This document shows positions 44,843 through 54,363 of a stretch of DNA of 64,000 nt, piece by piece. The notes below the pieces were generated by a model. It did not search any database and had not been told where the DNA came from. It saw only the letters and a program-made list of their open reading frames with translations. The position numbers and the translations under genes are program-made. The DNA is from Gemmatimonadales bacterium (GTDB lineage: Bacteria > Gemmatimonadota > Gemmatimonadetes > Gemmatimonadales > GWC2-71-9), in contig DATJJY010000088.1 of NCBI GenBank assembly GCA_035491895.1, positions 12,592 to 76,591 on the forward strand. Direction: 5' to 3'. Position 1 is the stretch's first letter. Every line of letters starts with the position of its first letter.

Positions 44843-45783
44843 CGGATTCCCACGCGGTGCGTGCCGCCGCCGAGCAGCGCGAGGCTCTGATAGGCGTAGT
44901 CGAGGTGCATGTGGCGTAGCTCGACGCCGCCCCCCAACGACCACCGCGACGCGGCGCTCGTCGGCGACCGCGTCACGAAGCCGATTCGCCCTACGAGTCC
45001 CACGCCGCCCGTGACGATGCCGGTCTCGACGCCGCTGGCGAGCTGCGCCGGGCCGTCCACGGGCCATTGCCCCTCGATCGTCGTCAGCAGGCGATAGGCC
45101 CCCTGCGGATCCACGTAGTTCATGGTGAAGCCCGCCCGCGTGCGACGAGGCAGACGGGCGCCGTCTCCGGCCGGTCCGAAGTTCCCGCCGAGGTTCTGCA
45201 CGGCGACGCCCAGCGCGAAGATGTCGAACACGGCCAGGGCGACCCCCACATCTCCGCCCCAGGTATCGGCGGACCACCCGCCGATCTGGTCGCGTGCGTA
45301 CTTCACGGCGACGCCGGCCGCCATGAACCCGCGCCGGTACACCACCGCGGAGGTGGCGAGGATGTCGCTCGCCGTGAACGTCGCGCCCGTCGGGATGCCG
45401 CGCCGGCCGCCGAGCCCCGAATCGGGTACGATCACCGGCTCCGAGCCATAGTCGAGCACCTGGGCCCCGAACCCCAATGCGAGTCGTCCGGCGCGAACCG
45501 CCACGGCGCCGGCGCTGTAGGTCGTGCCCGCGACATAGGGCTCGAACGATGCTTCGAGCACGAGGTGATGGATCGCCGCTACGCCAGCGGGATTGGCGAA
45601 CAGCGCGCCGGCGTCGCCGATCAGCGCCACGCCCGCGCCGCCCATCCCCGCGGAGCGGGTGGATCCGGGCAGGGACGCCAGGACGCTGCCTTGAGACTGC
45701 ACGACTAACGGCGTCAAGACAAGAACCGTCGAGAAGAAAACCGTCAAGAGAACATCTCGACGGTTCTCTGCTTGACGTCTCAC
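44830..45783 (-). CDS. outer-membrane beta-barrel protein, PorV/PorQ-like
   Basis: GTG 45783 gives the signal peptide MRRQAENRRDVLLTVFFSTVLVLTPLVVQSQG. It is followed by SAGMGGAGVALIGDAGALFANPAGVA and alternating beta-strand-like composition. Confidence 0.45.
   Translation of the reverse strand: MRRQAENRRDVLLTVFFSTVLVLTPLVVQSQGSVLASLPGSTRSAGMGGAGVALIGDAGALFANPAGVAAIHHLVLEASFEPYVAGTTYSAGAVAVRAGRLALGFGAQVLDYGSEPVIVPDSGLGGRRGIPTGATFTASDILATSAVVYRRGFMAAGVAVKYARDQIGGWSADTWGGDVGVALAVFDIFALGVAVQNLGGNFGPAGDGARLPRRTRAGFTMNYVDPQGAYRLLTTIEGQWPVDGPAQLASGVETGIVTGGVGLVGRIGFVTRSPTSAASRWSLGGGVELRHMHLDYAYQSLALLGGGTHRVGIRWAP
45712..45777 (-). repeat. long imperfect inverted repeat over the start and signal-peptide codons of the beta-barrel gene
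   Basis: Arms 45712-45733 (cgtcaag aca agaaccgtcgag) and 45756-45777 (ctcgacggttct ctg cttgacg) form 7-bp and 12-bp helices. A 3x3 internal loop separates the helices and the apical loop is 22 nt. Confidence 0.7.
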
Positions 45784-45787
45784 GGTC

Positions 45788-47470
45788 CTATCGAATCCGC
45801 AGGACATTCAGCCGCGGATTCAGGACAGACGGCAGCGCCGTGCCGTTCGGCCCCGAAAACAGCAGCGCGAACCCGGGCCCGGACGCCAGCTGCGCGGCGA
45901 CGACGTAGTTCCCGGAGCCCGCGTGGAGCGTCCCGCTCTGCTGGACGTCCTTCCCGAGGGTCAGGGGCGGCGTGAGTGGGAACGGCTTTGGGAAGAAGTC
46001 GGGGCGCTGCGAGTTGAGACTCGCATAGGTGGTGCGAAAGCTCCACGAGCGGTAACGCAGCTCCGGCGGCGCACTGAACCCCGGAAGGTCGGAGACGTAG
46101 TTCGCCAGGATCCACCGCTCGTCGACCGTCGCGAAAGGGGTGCCCGCGGCCGCGGTAATCGCCGCGCCACCGTGCAAGCCCGACTGCTCGAGCCCGCGCG
46201 TCAACGCCGCGATGGAGGCGAACGACGTGTCGGCGGCGAACTGGTCGGCGAAATAGCGAACGAACAACCACGCCGCGCCCCGCTCCGCCAGCGAGCCGAT
46301 GCCGCTCGAGAACGCCAGGTAGTGGAACGAGCTCGAATCCAGGAAGGAGTATGCGTTGAACAGATCGCCAATCACGAAATTGGAGAACGACGCCTGATCT
46401 CCGGGGAGGAAGCTGCGGCCCCCCAATTCCTCGGCGAAATGCGACATCCCCTCGTCGAGCCAGGTGTCTTGCGGGCTGCTGCCCCCCACCAGCACGTGCT
46501 GGTTGTAGCTGATCATGTGCTGGAATTCATGGATGAACGTGACCGGCACGGTGTTGCGCAGCTGGGTCACGGAGTGTGCGCACGACAGCGTGCTGTCCGG
46601 ATCCGCGACCATGGAGTAAAACACCTCGCCATGGTTGACGCGTGGGTCCCCGGCAAACAGCGGATCGATGTCCGCGCCGAAGAAGAACCCGGCGATGAAG
46701 CCCGACTGATGGCATTGCGTCTTCGTAACGAGCTTATTGACAACGTTCGACATCAGCATGATCACCGCGCTGTTGCCGTCGATGTCCGACTCCCGGCCGA
46801 ACGCGGTCGTGTCGATGGCGTAGAGACGCGCGTTGAAGAGCGTCGCCAGGGAGTCCAGATCGCTCTGGGTAAGCCCGCCGGCCGGGGCGGCGTTGTCGAC
46901 GTAGATCGCCAAGTGGCCGCTGACCGACTTCGCCGTGGCGGTCACGGTGGGGAACGTCGAGCAGTTGAGATCGCCGCAGAGACGAAAGTTGCGGACGTTG
47001 CCGAGCGTATCGGGGGGCCCACGCAACACCGCAGGCCGGGCGGCGTCGGTCTGGAGAGCCCCCAGGGCTGCCCAGTGCGTCCGCTCTTCGGTGCGCAGGA
47101 AATCGTGAAACCGCAGCCCCAGGTCCCGCGCGACGGACTGCCGCTGCGTCATGGCGGCGGCGAGGGCCGGATGGAGCGTGTCGCCATCGAGAATGAACGC
47201 CGTCGTCGCACCCTGAGAATCGGTTGCGAGCTGCGGCACGAGCAGATACAGCGCGGAATCGGTGGTGGACGCGTTGCCCGGGAACAGCAGGCAGCCGACG
47301 TTCGCCACGGGGGGAATCGCCTGGTACTGGGCGACGGCGAGTGTGACGTTCTGCCCGCCGGCGGTGCTGCAGGTCGTCGTCGTGACGTGCGTCCCGCCGC
47401 CGCCGCCACCGCAGCCCGCGAGCCAACCCACAAGGACGAGGCTGAGGCCGCCGCGCGCGCTACGAGTCAC
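45788..47470 (-). CDS. putative zinc-metallopeptidase lipoprotein (HExxH...E)
   Basis: GTG 47470 gives the lipobox LVGWLAGCGGG. It has FIHEFQHMISYNQHVLVGGSSPQDTWLDEGMSHFAEE, a gluzincin-like spacing. Confidence 0.5.
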   Translation of the reverse strand: MTRSARGGLSLVLVGWLAGCGGGGGGTHVTTTTCSTAGGQNVTLAVAQYQAIPPVANVGCLLFPGNASTTDSALYLLVPQLATDSQGATTAFILDGDTLHPALAAAMTQRQSVARDLGLRFHDFLRTEERTHWAALGALQTDAARPAVLRGPPDTLGNVRNFRLCGDLNCSTFPTVTATAKSVSGHLAIYVDNAAPAGGLTQSDLDSLATLFNARLYAIDTTAFGRESDIDGNSAVIMLMSNVVNKLVTKTQCHQSGFIAGFFFGADIDPLFAGDPRVNHGEVFYSMVADPDSTLSCAHSVTQLRNTVPVTFIHEFQHMISYNQHVLVGGSSPQDTWLDEGMSHFAEELGGRSFLPGDQASFSNFVIGDLFNAYSFLDSSSFHYLAFSSGIGSLAERGAAWLFVRYFADQFAADTSFASIAALTRGLEQSGLHGGAAITAAAGTPFATVDERWILANYVSDLPGFSAPPELRYRSWSFRTTYASLNSQRPDFFPKPFPLTPPLTLGKDVQQSGTLHAGSGNYVVAAQLASGPGFALLFSGPNGTALPSVLNPRLNVLRIR

Positions 47471-48764
47471 GGGATGCTCCTTGGGTGAGAGCCGGTCGCC
47501 GGGCGAGCGCCTGGCGCAGACAAACCGGGCCGACGACGGCATGCAACGCCACCAGCCCAACGCTGAGTCCCTCGAATGATACACCCCACTCGGGGAAGGC
47601 CCGGCGACCCATTGCCGCCAGCAGCAAGCCTACGCCCCCCTGAGAAATGAGGCCCAACCAACCATTATGCGCCAGATCCTCGGCCACGAGGAGGCGCCGG
47701 CCGGCCCAGCGGCCGCTCCAATACAACCCGAGCGCCCGCAACCCGATGAGCAACAGCATCCACGGCCAGAGATCCGCGACGCTCGACACGTCCAGCCGCG
47801 CGCCCAACAGCGCGAAGGCACCGGCGGCGAGCAGCTCCCCCCGCGCGTCGAAATGGCGCCGCACCATGCCGGCGCTCTCTGGATCGGCGTAGGTCAAGCC
47901 GATCCCGGTGAGCAAGGCGACCAGCGTCACCTCGACCCGACCGGACAGGCCCGCCACCGCCGCTCCCACCGCCACCGCCAGGGCATACATCCCCGGCGTC
48001 CCGCCGAGCAGGCGGCGAGTCCGGCTCACGAGCCACACCAGGAGCGCGGCGGTGACGGCCGACCCCGCGAGCGCCACGAGTCCCGGCCACCAGGCGTCCG
48101 CCCGGAGCGAGCCGGCGCTCGCCCCGAACCGCGCCAGAAGCAGCACGGCGGCGAACACCAGGATGGCCGCCGCATCGCGCAGCGCGTGCAGCCGCAGCAG
48201 CGAATCGCTCAGGGCCGCGCGCGGCGCGTCATACAACGTCGCCCAGGTGAGGGCGGGGGCGGCCACGACCGTGAGGGCCCCGACGGCGAGCGCGACGGCG
48301 AGCGCGTCGCCCAGCGGCTGGTGCACCGAGAGCGGAAACCAGGGATGCAGCGCCAGGACGGCGGCAGCAGTGAGCAGAACGGGTATCACGATCGATGCAG
48401 CGAGGTAGCGACCGAGGCCCGCTCCGCCCGAGTCGTTCCCCTCGGTCCCGCGCCAGGCGAGGCCCGCGCGCAGCGCGAACAGCGCTACGCTAGCGTCGCT
48501 CACGAACGCGAGAGTATGGACCTCGTCCTCGCGAACGAAGCCAAGCCACTCGGGACGCAGCAGCAGTCCGGCGCCCAGGTATCCCGTAACGCGCGGCAGC
48601 CCCCAGCGCAGCGCGAGACGGCCGCCGATCTCCGCGGCGACGATCACCACCCCGAGCGCCAGAGTGGCCCGCGCCGCGAGCGGAGCGCCGGCGGTGTAGT
48701 GGTGCGACAAGAGCAGCGCCAGCGCAAGGACGAGGAACCAGAGCACGGTGCGCATCGCCCGCAC
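47460..48764 (-). CDS. cation:proton antiporter (Na+/H+ exchanger family)
   Basis: About 11 hydrophobic segments. The N-terminal EIGGRLALRWGLPRVTGYLGAGLLL.PEWLGFV is typical of the CPA family. Confidence 0.7.
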   Translation of the reverse strand: MRAMRTVLWFLVLALALLLSHHYTAGAPLAARATLALGVVIVAAEIGGRLALRWGLPRVTGYLGAGLLLRPEWLGFVREDEVHTLAFVSDASVALFALRAGLAWRGTEGNDSGGAGLGRYLAASIVIPVLLTAAAVLALHPWFPLSVHQPLGDALAVALAVGALTVVAAPALTWATLYDAPRAALSDSLLRLHALRDAAAILVFAAVLLLARFGASAGSLRADAWWPGLVALAGSAVTAALLVWLVSRTRRLLGGTPGMYALAVAVGAAVAGLSGRVEVTLVALLTGIGLTYADPESAGMVRRHFDARGELLAAGAFALLGARLDVSSVADLWPWMLLLIGLRALGLYWSGRWAGRRLLVAEDLAHNGWLGLISQGGVGLLLAAMGRRAFPEWGVSFEGLSVGLVALHAVVGPVCLRQALARRPALTQGASRDS

Positions 48765-48786
48765 AATCTCTCCGTCGCCCGTGGTT

Positions 48787-48816
48787 TTGACAATGCAACG
48801 CGACGCCGGTTATCTT
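48787..48816 (+). promoter_or_regulatory. sigma-70-like promoter candidate upstream of dnaE
   Basis: TTGACA (48787-92), a 17-nt spacer, then TTATCT/TATCTT (48810-16), about 20 nt before the dnaE ATG. Confidence 0.4.
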
Positions 48817-48836
48817 GACAAAGCACACCAGGCCCT

Positions 48837-51800
48837 ATGGCGTTCGTTCATCTTCACACACATAGCGAATATTCCCTGCTCGACGGTGCCAACCGGATCC
48901 CGGAGCTCCTGGATCGGGTCGTCGCGCTGGGGATGGATTCGCTTGCCATTACCGACCACGGCAACCTGCATGGGGCGTGGACGTTCTACGAGGAGGCGAA
49001 GGCCCGGAAAGTCCGCCCCATTATCGGCTGCGAGGCGTATCTGGCGTTCGGCAGCCGGCACGCACGGGAGAAGCCCACCGACGCCCCCGGCCCGTATTCC
49101 CATCTCGTACTCCTCGCCAGGAACCGCACCGGCTACGCGAACCTGGTCAAGCTCTCCTCGATCGGCTTTCTGGAGGGCTACTACCGGCGTCCCCGGATCG
49201 ACCGCGAGGTCCTGGAGCGTCACAAGGAAGGGCTCGTCTGTCTCGCCGCCTGCCTCTCGGGTGAGATCTCCCTGTATTTGCGGGCGGGGAATTACGAGGC
49301 CGCCAAGGCGAGCGCCAGCTACTTCGCGCGGCTCTTCGGACCGGACGGGTTCTGGCTCGAAGTGCAGAATCACGGCATCGCGGAAGAGGAGACGGTCGCA
49401 ACCGGGATGTTCCGCCTCGCCAAGGAGTTGGGCATCCCCGTCACGGTAACGAACGACGCGCACTATCTAATGAAGGGAGACGCCGAGGCCCACGACGTCC
49501 TGTTGGCGATCGGGACCGGTAAAGACCTCGACGATCCGAAGCGGTTCCGCTTCTTCGGGGCCGAGAGCTACGTGAAATCGGAGAAGGAGATGAAGCCGCT
49601 CTTCCCCGACCACCCGGAGCTCGTGAGCGAAACAGCCCGCATCGCCGACCTGTGCGAGTTCGACTTCGAGAAACGGTACTTCCTGCCCCAGTACCCCCGC
49701 CCGGCGGAATTCGCGACCGACAACGATCTGCTGGTGCACCTCGCTCGCGCCGGCGCGGCGGAGCGGTACGGCGATCCGCTGCCGCCACGCGTCGCGGAGC
49801 GCCTCGCCTACGAGCTCGACGTCATCCAGCGCACCGGCTACGCCGGCTACTTCCTCATCGTCTACGATCTGATCAAGGCGGCGCGGGACCGCGCGATTCC
49901 CGTGGGGCCGGGCCGCGGCTCGGCGGCGGGATCGCTGGTCGCCTTCAGCTTGCGCATCACGAATGTCGACCCGCTGCAGTTCGATCTGCTGTTCGAGCGG
50001 TTCCTGAACCCCGAGCGGATTTCGATGCCCGACATCGACCTCGATTTCTGCTTCGAGCGGCGCGGCGAGATCATGGAATACGTGCGGGGCCGCTACGGGC
50101 GCGAGTCCGTCGGGCAGATCATCACCTTCGGGACGTTGAAGGCACGAGCGGCGTTCCGAGACGTGGCGCGCACGCTGCGGCTCGAGATCGGCGAGGTGGA
50201 CCGGGCCACCAAGCTCATTCCGGCGGGCCCCGCGGCCACCTGGTCGCTCGCGGAGGCGGCGACCAAGGTGCCCGAGCTGCGCGCCATCGTCGAGCAGGAC
50301 GACCGGGTGCGGAAGGTGATCGACCTCGGGAGCCGCATCGAGGGGTTGGCGCGCCATGCGTCGGTGCACGCCGCGGGCGTCGTGATCGCGCCAGGGCCGC
50401 TCACCGACTACGTCCCCGTATGCCTCGCGCCCCAGGACAGCGAGGCGATCATTACGCAGTTCGACATGGTGGCGCTCGAGAAGGTCGGAATGCTGAAGAT
50501 CGACCTGCTCGGCTTGAAGACGCTCACCGTCATCCACGACACCGTGCAGATGGTGCAGGAACGCCACGGCGTGACGCTCGACATGGACCACCTCGATCTG
50601 GAGGATCCCGAGGTCTACCGCCTGCTGCGCTCGGGCCGGACGGCGGGAGTGTTCCAGTTCGAGTCGGCGCTCGCCACCGACTGTCTCCGCCAGATGAAGT
50701 GCGACCGGTTCGACGACCTCGTCGCGACCAATGCCCTGCTCCGTCCCGGTCCGCTCGACACCGGGATGCATCTCGTCTTCATCAATCGCAAGCTGGGTCG
50801 GGACCCGGTGCGGTATCCCCATCCCGCGCTCGAGGAGGTGCTGCAGTCGACGTACGGCGTGATCACCTACCAGGAGCAGGTGATGCGCATCGCCAACATC
50901 CTGGCGGGATACTCGCTCGCCGAAGCCGATGTGCTGCGCAAGGCGGTGGGCAAGAAGATCAAGGAGCTGATTCAGGAGGAGCTGGAGCGCTTCGTCGAGC
51001 GGGCGGTGGCGCGCGGACACGACCGGCGCGTCATCCAGGACATCGCGGCGCAGATCGAGACGTTCGGGCGCTACGGCTTCAACAAGTCGCACGCCGTCGC
51101 GTACTCGATCCTGTCGTATCAGACCGCCTGGCTCAAGGCGCACTACCCGGCGGAGTATCTCGCCGCCCTGCTTTCCAGCCAGATCGGCGACACCGACAGC
51201 GTGGTGGAATACATCAACGAGGCGCGCGAGCTCGGGCTCGAGGTTCTGCCTCCCGACGTGAACGAGTCGCGCTTCAAGTTCACCGTCATCGGAGACCGTC
51301 GCATCCGCTTTGGCCTCGGCGCGGTGAAGAACGTCGGCGAGGGGGCGATCGCCTCGATCATCGAGGGCCGGACGGCGGAGCCGTATCGCTCGCTCGTCGA
51401 GCTGTGCGAGCGAATCGACCTGCGGCTCTGCAACAAGCGTGTGCTCGAGGCCCTCATCGACGCGGGGGCGTGCGATTCCCTGGGGGGCCACCGGGCGCAG
51501 CTCGTCGCCGCGTTGGAGCACGCGTTTGCCGAAGCCCAGGCGCGTCACGCCGAGCGCGAGTCCGGCCAGGTCGGGCTGTTCGGCGACCACACGGTCACCC
51601 CCCCCGCCCCGGTGACCCTTCCCGACGTGCCACCCTGGCCCGAGCAGGAGCGCCTGACCCGCGAGAAGGCAGTGCTCGGCTTCTTCATTTCCGGCCACCC
51701 CCTCGCCAAGTACCGCGCCGAGGTGGAGCTTTTCGGGACCCGGACGACGGCCACCCTGAGCACCTGGAGCGATCAGAAGGTGGCGATCGCCGCCCTCGCC

Positions 51801-52307
51801 ACGGTCGTCAAGCGGCAGGTTTCGAAGAAGAGCGGTGCCGAATACGCCCGCCTCGTGCTGGAAGACTTCCACGGCACGGCCGAGGCGCTGGTGTTCCCCG
51901 AGGCGTGGGCACGTCTCAATGGAGTGATCCGGCCCGACGGGGCGCTGCTGTTCACGGGCGGGTTCAGCCCGCGGGACCGCGGGGAAGAGGCGGCACCGTT
52001 TATCGTTGATAGTGCCCGGCCGCTCGACGAGCTGAAGGCCGGCGGCCAGGTGGGGCTGGCGCTCCGCTGGAAGGCCGGCAGCCCCCCGGATGCCGACGCG
52101 GCTCGGGCCGCTGCCGCGCTATGCGCCGCACACCCCGGGCCGGCACCGGTACTGGTGGAGTGGGAGGAAGGAAACGGCGACGGACTCACCGCGCCCGCTG
52201 CGCGCCTGATGAGCCGCAGCCTGCGGGTGGAGCCCGACGACGAGCTGCTCGGCGCGCTGCGGGGCCTGTTCGGTCCGGACGGCGTGCACCTCGTGAAAGC
52301 GAGCTGA
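48837..52307 (+). CDS. dnaE: DNA polymerase III alpha subunit
   Basis: FVHLHTHSEYSLLDGA PHP-domain N-terminus, 1156 aa, with GRGSAAGSLVAFSLRIT and DIDLDF motifs. Confidence 0.95.
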   Translation: MAFVHLHTHSEYSLLDGANRIPELLDRVVALGMDSLAITDHGNLHGAWTFYEEAKARKVRPIIGCEAYLAFGSRHAREKPTDAPGPYSHLVLLARNRTGYANLVKLSSIGFLEGYYRRPRIDREVLERHKEGLVCLAACLSGEISLYLRAGNYEAAKASASYFARLFGPDGFWLEVQNHGIAEEETVATGMFRLAKELGIPVTVTNDAHYLMKGDAEAHDVLLAIGTGKDLDDPKRFRFFGAESYVKSEKEMKPLFPDHPELVSETARIADLCEFDFEKRYFLPQYPRPAEFATDNDLLVHLARAGAAERYGDPLPPRVAERLAYELDVIQRTGYAGYFLIVYDLIKAARDRAIPVGPGRGSAAGSLVAFSLRITNVDPLQFDLLFERFLNPERISMPDIDLDFCFERRGEIMEYVRGRYGRESVGQIITFGTLKARAAFRDVARTLRLEIGEVDRATKLIPAGPAATWSLAEAATKVPELRAIVEQDDRVRKVIDLGSRIEGLARHASVHAAGVVIAPGPLTDYVPVCLAPQDSEAIITQFDMVALEKVGMLKIDLLGLKTLTVIHDTVQMVQERHGVTLDMDHLDLEDPEVYRLLRSGRTAGVFQFESALATDCLRQMKCDRFDDLVATNALLRPGPLDTGMHLVFINRKLGRDPVRYPHPALEEVLQSTYGVITYQEQVMRIANILAGYSLAEADVLRKAVGKKIKELIQEELERFVERAVARGHDRRVIQDIAAQIETFGRYGFNKSHAVAYSILSYQTAWLKAHYPAEYLAALLSSQIGDTDSVVEYINEARELGLEVLPPDVNESRFKFTVIGDRRIRFGLGAVKNVGEGAIASIIEGRTAEPYRSLVELCERIDLRLCNKRVLEALIDAGACDSLGGHRAQLVAALEHAFAEAQARHAERESGQVGLFGDHTVTPPAPVTLPDVPPWPEQERLTREKAVLGFFISGHPLAKYRAEVELFGTRTTATLSTWSDQKVAIAALATVVKRQVSKKSGAEYARLVLEDFHGTAEALVFPEAWARLNGVIRPDGALLFTGGFSPRDRGEEAAPFIVDSARPLDELKAGGQVGLALRWKAGSPPDADAARAAAALCAAHPGPAPVLVEWEEGNGDGLTAPAARLMSRSLRVEPDDELLGALRGLFGPDGVHLVKAS

Positions 52308-52310
52308 TTG

Positions 52311-53258
52311 ATGGCGACGCATACCCTCGATTTCGAGCGGCCCTTGCTCGAGATCGAGAAACAGATAGAAGAGCTGAAGCGCAACGGCGGCGAGCAGGGT
52401 GCCGATACCGGACCGCTCGAGCGCCAGCTGGCGGAGCTGCGCGCGGAGATCTACCGCAACCTGACGCCGATGCAGCGCGTGCAGGTGGCGCGCCATCCAC
52501 GCCGCCCGTACACCATCGATTACCTCCAGACCATCTTCTCCGACTTCGTCGAGCTGCACGGCGACCGGCTGTTCCGGGACGACCCCGCGATCGTCGCCGG
52601 CTGGGCGCGCCTCGACGGCGTGTCGGTGATGGTGATCGGACATCAGAAAGGTCGCGACACCAAGGAGAACCTCAAACGCAATTTCGGGATGGCCCATCCC
52701 GAGGGCTACCGCAAGGCGCTGCGCTTGATGCAGCTCGCCCAGAAGTTCCACGCCCCCGTCATCACCCTGGTCGACACCCCGGGCGCGTATCCCGGCCTCG
52801 AGGCGGAGGAGCGCGGGCAGGCGGAGGCGATCGCACACAACCTGGTCGCGATGGCGGCGCTCAGGACACCGACGATCGCGGCGGTCATCGGCGAGGGTGG
52901 CTCCGGTGGGGCGCTGGCGGTGGGGCTGGCCGATCGCGTGCTGATGCTCGAGAACTCGGTCTACTCGGTGATCACACCCGAGGGATGCGCGGCGATCCTG
53001 TGGCGGGACGCGAGCCAACGGGAGCGGGCGGCCGAAGCGCTCAAGCTCACAGCGCAGGACCTGCTGCGCCTGCAGCTGATCGACGAAGTCATCGCCGAGC
53101 CGCCGGGCGGGGCGCACGCCGACCCGGACGCCGCCGCCCAGGGCCTGGGTGAAGCGCTGCGCCGCCATCTGCGCGAGCTGCGGCGCATCAAGGTCGACAA
53201 ACTGCTGAAGCGGCGCGAGGAGAAGTATCTCTCCATGGGCTCGCTCAGCGAGAAGTGA
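52311..53258 (+). CDS. accA: acetyl-CoA carboxylase carboxyltransferase alpha subunit
   Basis: LDFERPLLEIE..I.EL, RHP.RPYT.DY, FGM..PEGYRKALRLM..A.KF..P and DTPGAYPG..AEERGQ. Confidence 0.92.
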   Translation: MATHTLDFERPLLEIEKQIEELKRNGGEQGADTGPLERQLAELRAEIYRNLTPMQRVQVARHPRRPYTIDYLQTIFSDFVELHGDRLFRDDPAIVAGWARLDGVSVMVIGHQKGRDTKENLKRNFGMAHPEGYRKALRLMQLAQKFHAPVITLVDTPGAYPGLEAEERGQAEAIAHNLVAMAALRTPTIAAVIGEGGSGGALAVGLADRVLMLENSVYSVITPEGCAAILWRDASQRERAAEALKLTAQDLLRLQLIDEVIAEPPGGAHADPDAAAQGLGEALRRHLRELRRIKVDKLLKRREEKYLSMGSLSEK

Positions 53259-53259
53259 T

Positions 53260-54363
53260 GTGACTGCCGTCGTGGAAGTGCGGTTCAAGGGCAACCGGCT
53301 CGAGTACTTCAACTGGTCGGCGGAGGAGACGCTCGCCCAGCACGACCCGGTCATCGTGGAAGTCGAACGGGGCCAGGACCTGGGACGCGTCTCGGCGATC
53401 GGCGACACGGCGCTCAAGAAGTGCGCCCGCGGCTGCGGCGGCTGCGCCGTTGCCGACGCCGTCAAAACGGTGGAGCGCCAGGTGGTCCGGCGGGCAACGC
53501 GGGCCGACGTCGACGTGGCCGAGCGGCTGCGCGACGAGGAAGAAGAGGCGCGACGCACGGCCCGGCAGCGTGTCCGGTCGCACAACCTCCCGATGAAGGT
53601 CTCCGACGCCGAGTGGCAGTGGGACCGGCGCAAGCTCACCATCTACTTCACGGCGGAGCAGCGGGTCGACTTCCGTGCCCTGGTGCGCGATCTGGCGGCG
53701 GTGTTCCGGACCCGGATCGAGCTGCGCCAGATCGGGGCGCGCGACGAGGCGCGCCGCCTCTCGGGGGTGGGACGCTGCGGGCGGGAGTATTGCAGCGCCA
53801 GCTGGCTCCCCGAGCTGCGCCCGGTGAACCTCTCGATCGCCAAGGACCAGCATCTCTCCCTGAACCCGACGCAGATCTCGGGGCCGTGCGGCCGCTTGTT
53901 GTGTTGTCTGCACTACGAGCACGATTTCTATGTCCAGAGCCGGAAGCGGTTCCCCAAGGAGGGCCGGCTGCTCAGGACCGAGGTGGGAAACGAGAAAGTG
54001 TTGGCCGTGGACATCTTCCGCGATCGGGTAACGCTGCGCTCCGAGGAGCACGGCACACGCGTAGTGGCGCTGGACCTGCTGCACGAGGAGATCGCGCGCG
54101 CCGGAGGCGATGTGCCTGCCGCAGCGGCCACCGCGCCGCCCATCCCGGCCCCCGCGACTCTCGTGGCGCCGCCGCCCGCGTCGCCCGCCGAGCCGACCGC
54201 GGCACCGGCGCGGGAGACGGCGGCGGCGGATCAGCCCCGCTCGGGACGGCGGCGGCGGCGGCGCCGGCGGCGTGGTGGAGGTGGCGGCGGTGGTGGCGGT
54301 GGCGGTGGCGGTGGCGGTGGCGACAGCGGTGGAAATGGGGGAAGCGGAACCCCTCGTGCCTAA
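53260..54363 (+). CDS. PSP1-domain protein (RicT/YaaT-like) with Arg/Gly low-complexity tail
   Basis: V.VRF...R..YF, KLTIYFTAEQRVDFRALVRDLA..F.TRIELRQIGARDEA and CGR.LCCL, with a C-terminal R9-G(~15) tract. Confidence 0.8.
   Translation: MTAVVEVRFKGNRLEYFNWSAEETLAQHDPVIVEVERGQDLGRVSAIGDTALKKCARGCGGCAVADAVKTVERQVVRRATRADVDVAERLRDEEEEARRTARQRVRSHNLPMKVSDAEWQWDRRKLTIYFTAEQRVDFRALVRDLAAVFRTRIELRQIGARDEARRLSGVGRCGREYCSASWLPELRPVNLSIAKDQHLSLNPTQISGPCGRLLCCLHYEHDFYVQSRKRFPKEGRLLRTEVGNEKVLAVDIFRDRVTLRSEEHGTRVVALDLLHEEIARAGGDVPAAAATAPPIPAPATLVAPPPASPAEPTAAPARETAAADQPRSGRRRRRRRRRGGGGGGGGGGGGGGGGDSGGNGGSGTPRA
54247..54321 (+). repeat. (CGG)n then (GGY)n trinucleotide tract encoding R9 G(~15)
   Basis: cgg cgg cgg cgg cgg cgc cgg cgg cgt, followed by ggt/gga/ggc codons. 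Confidence 0.9.
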
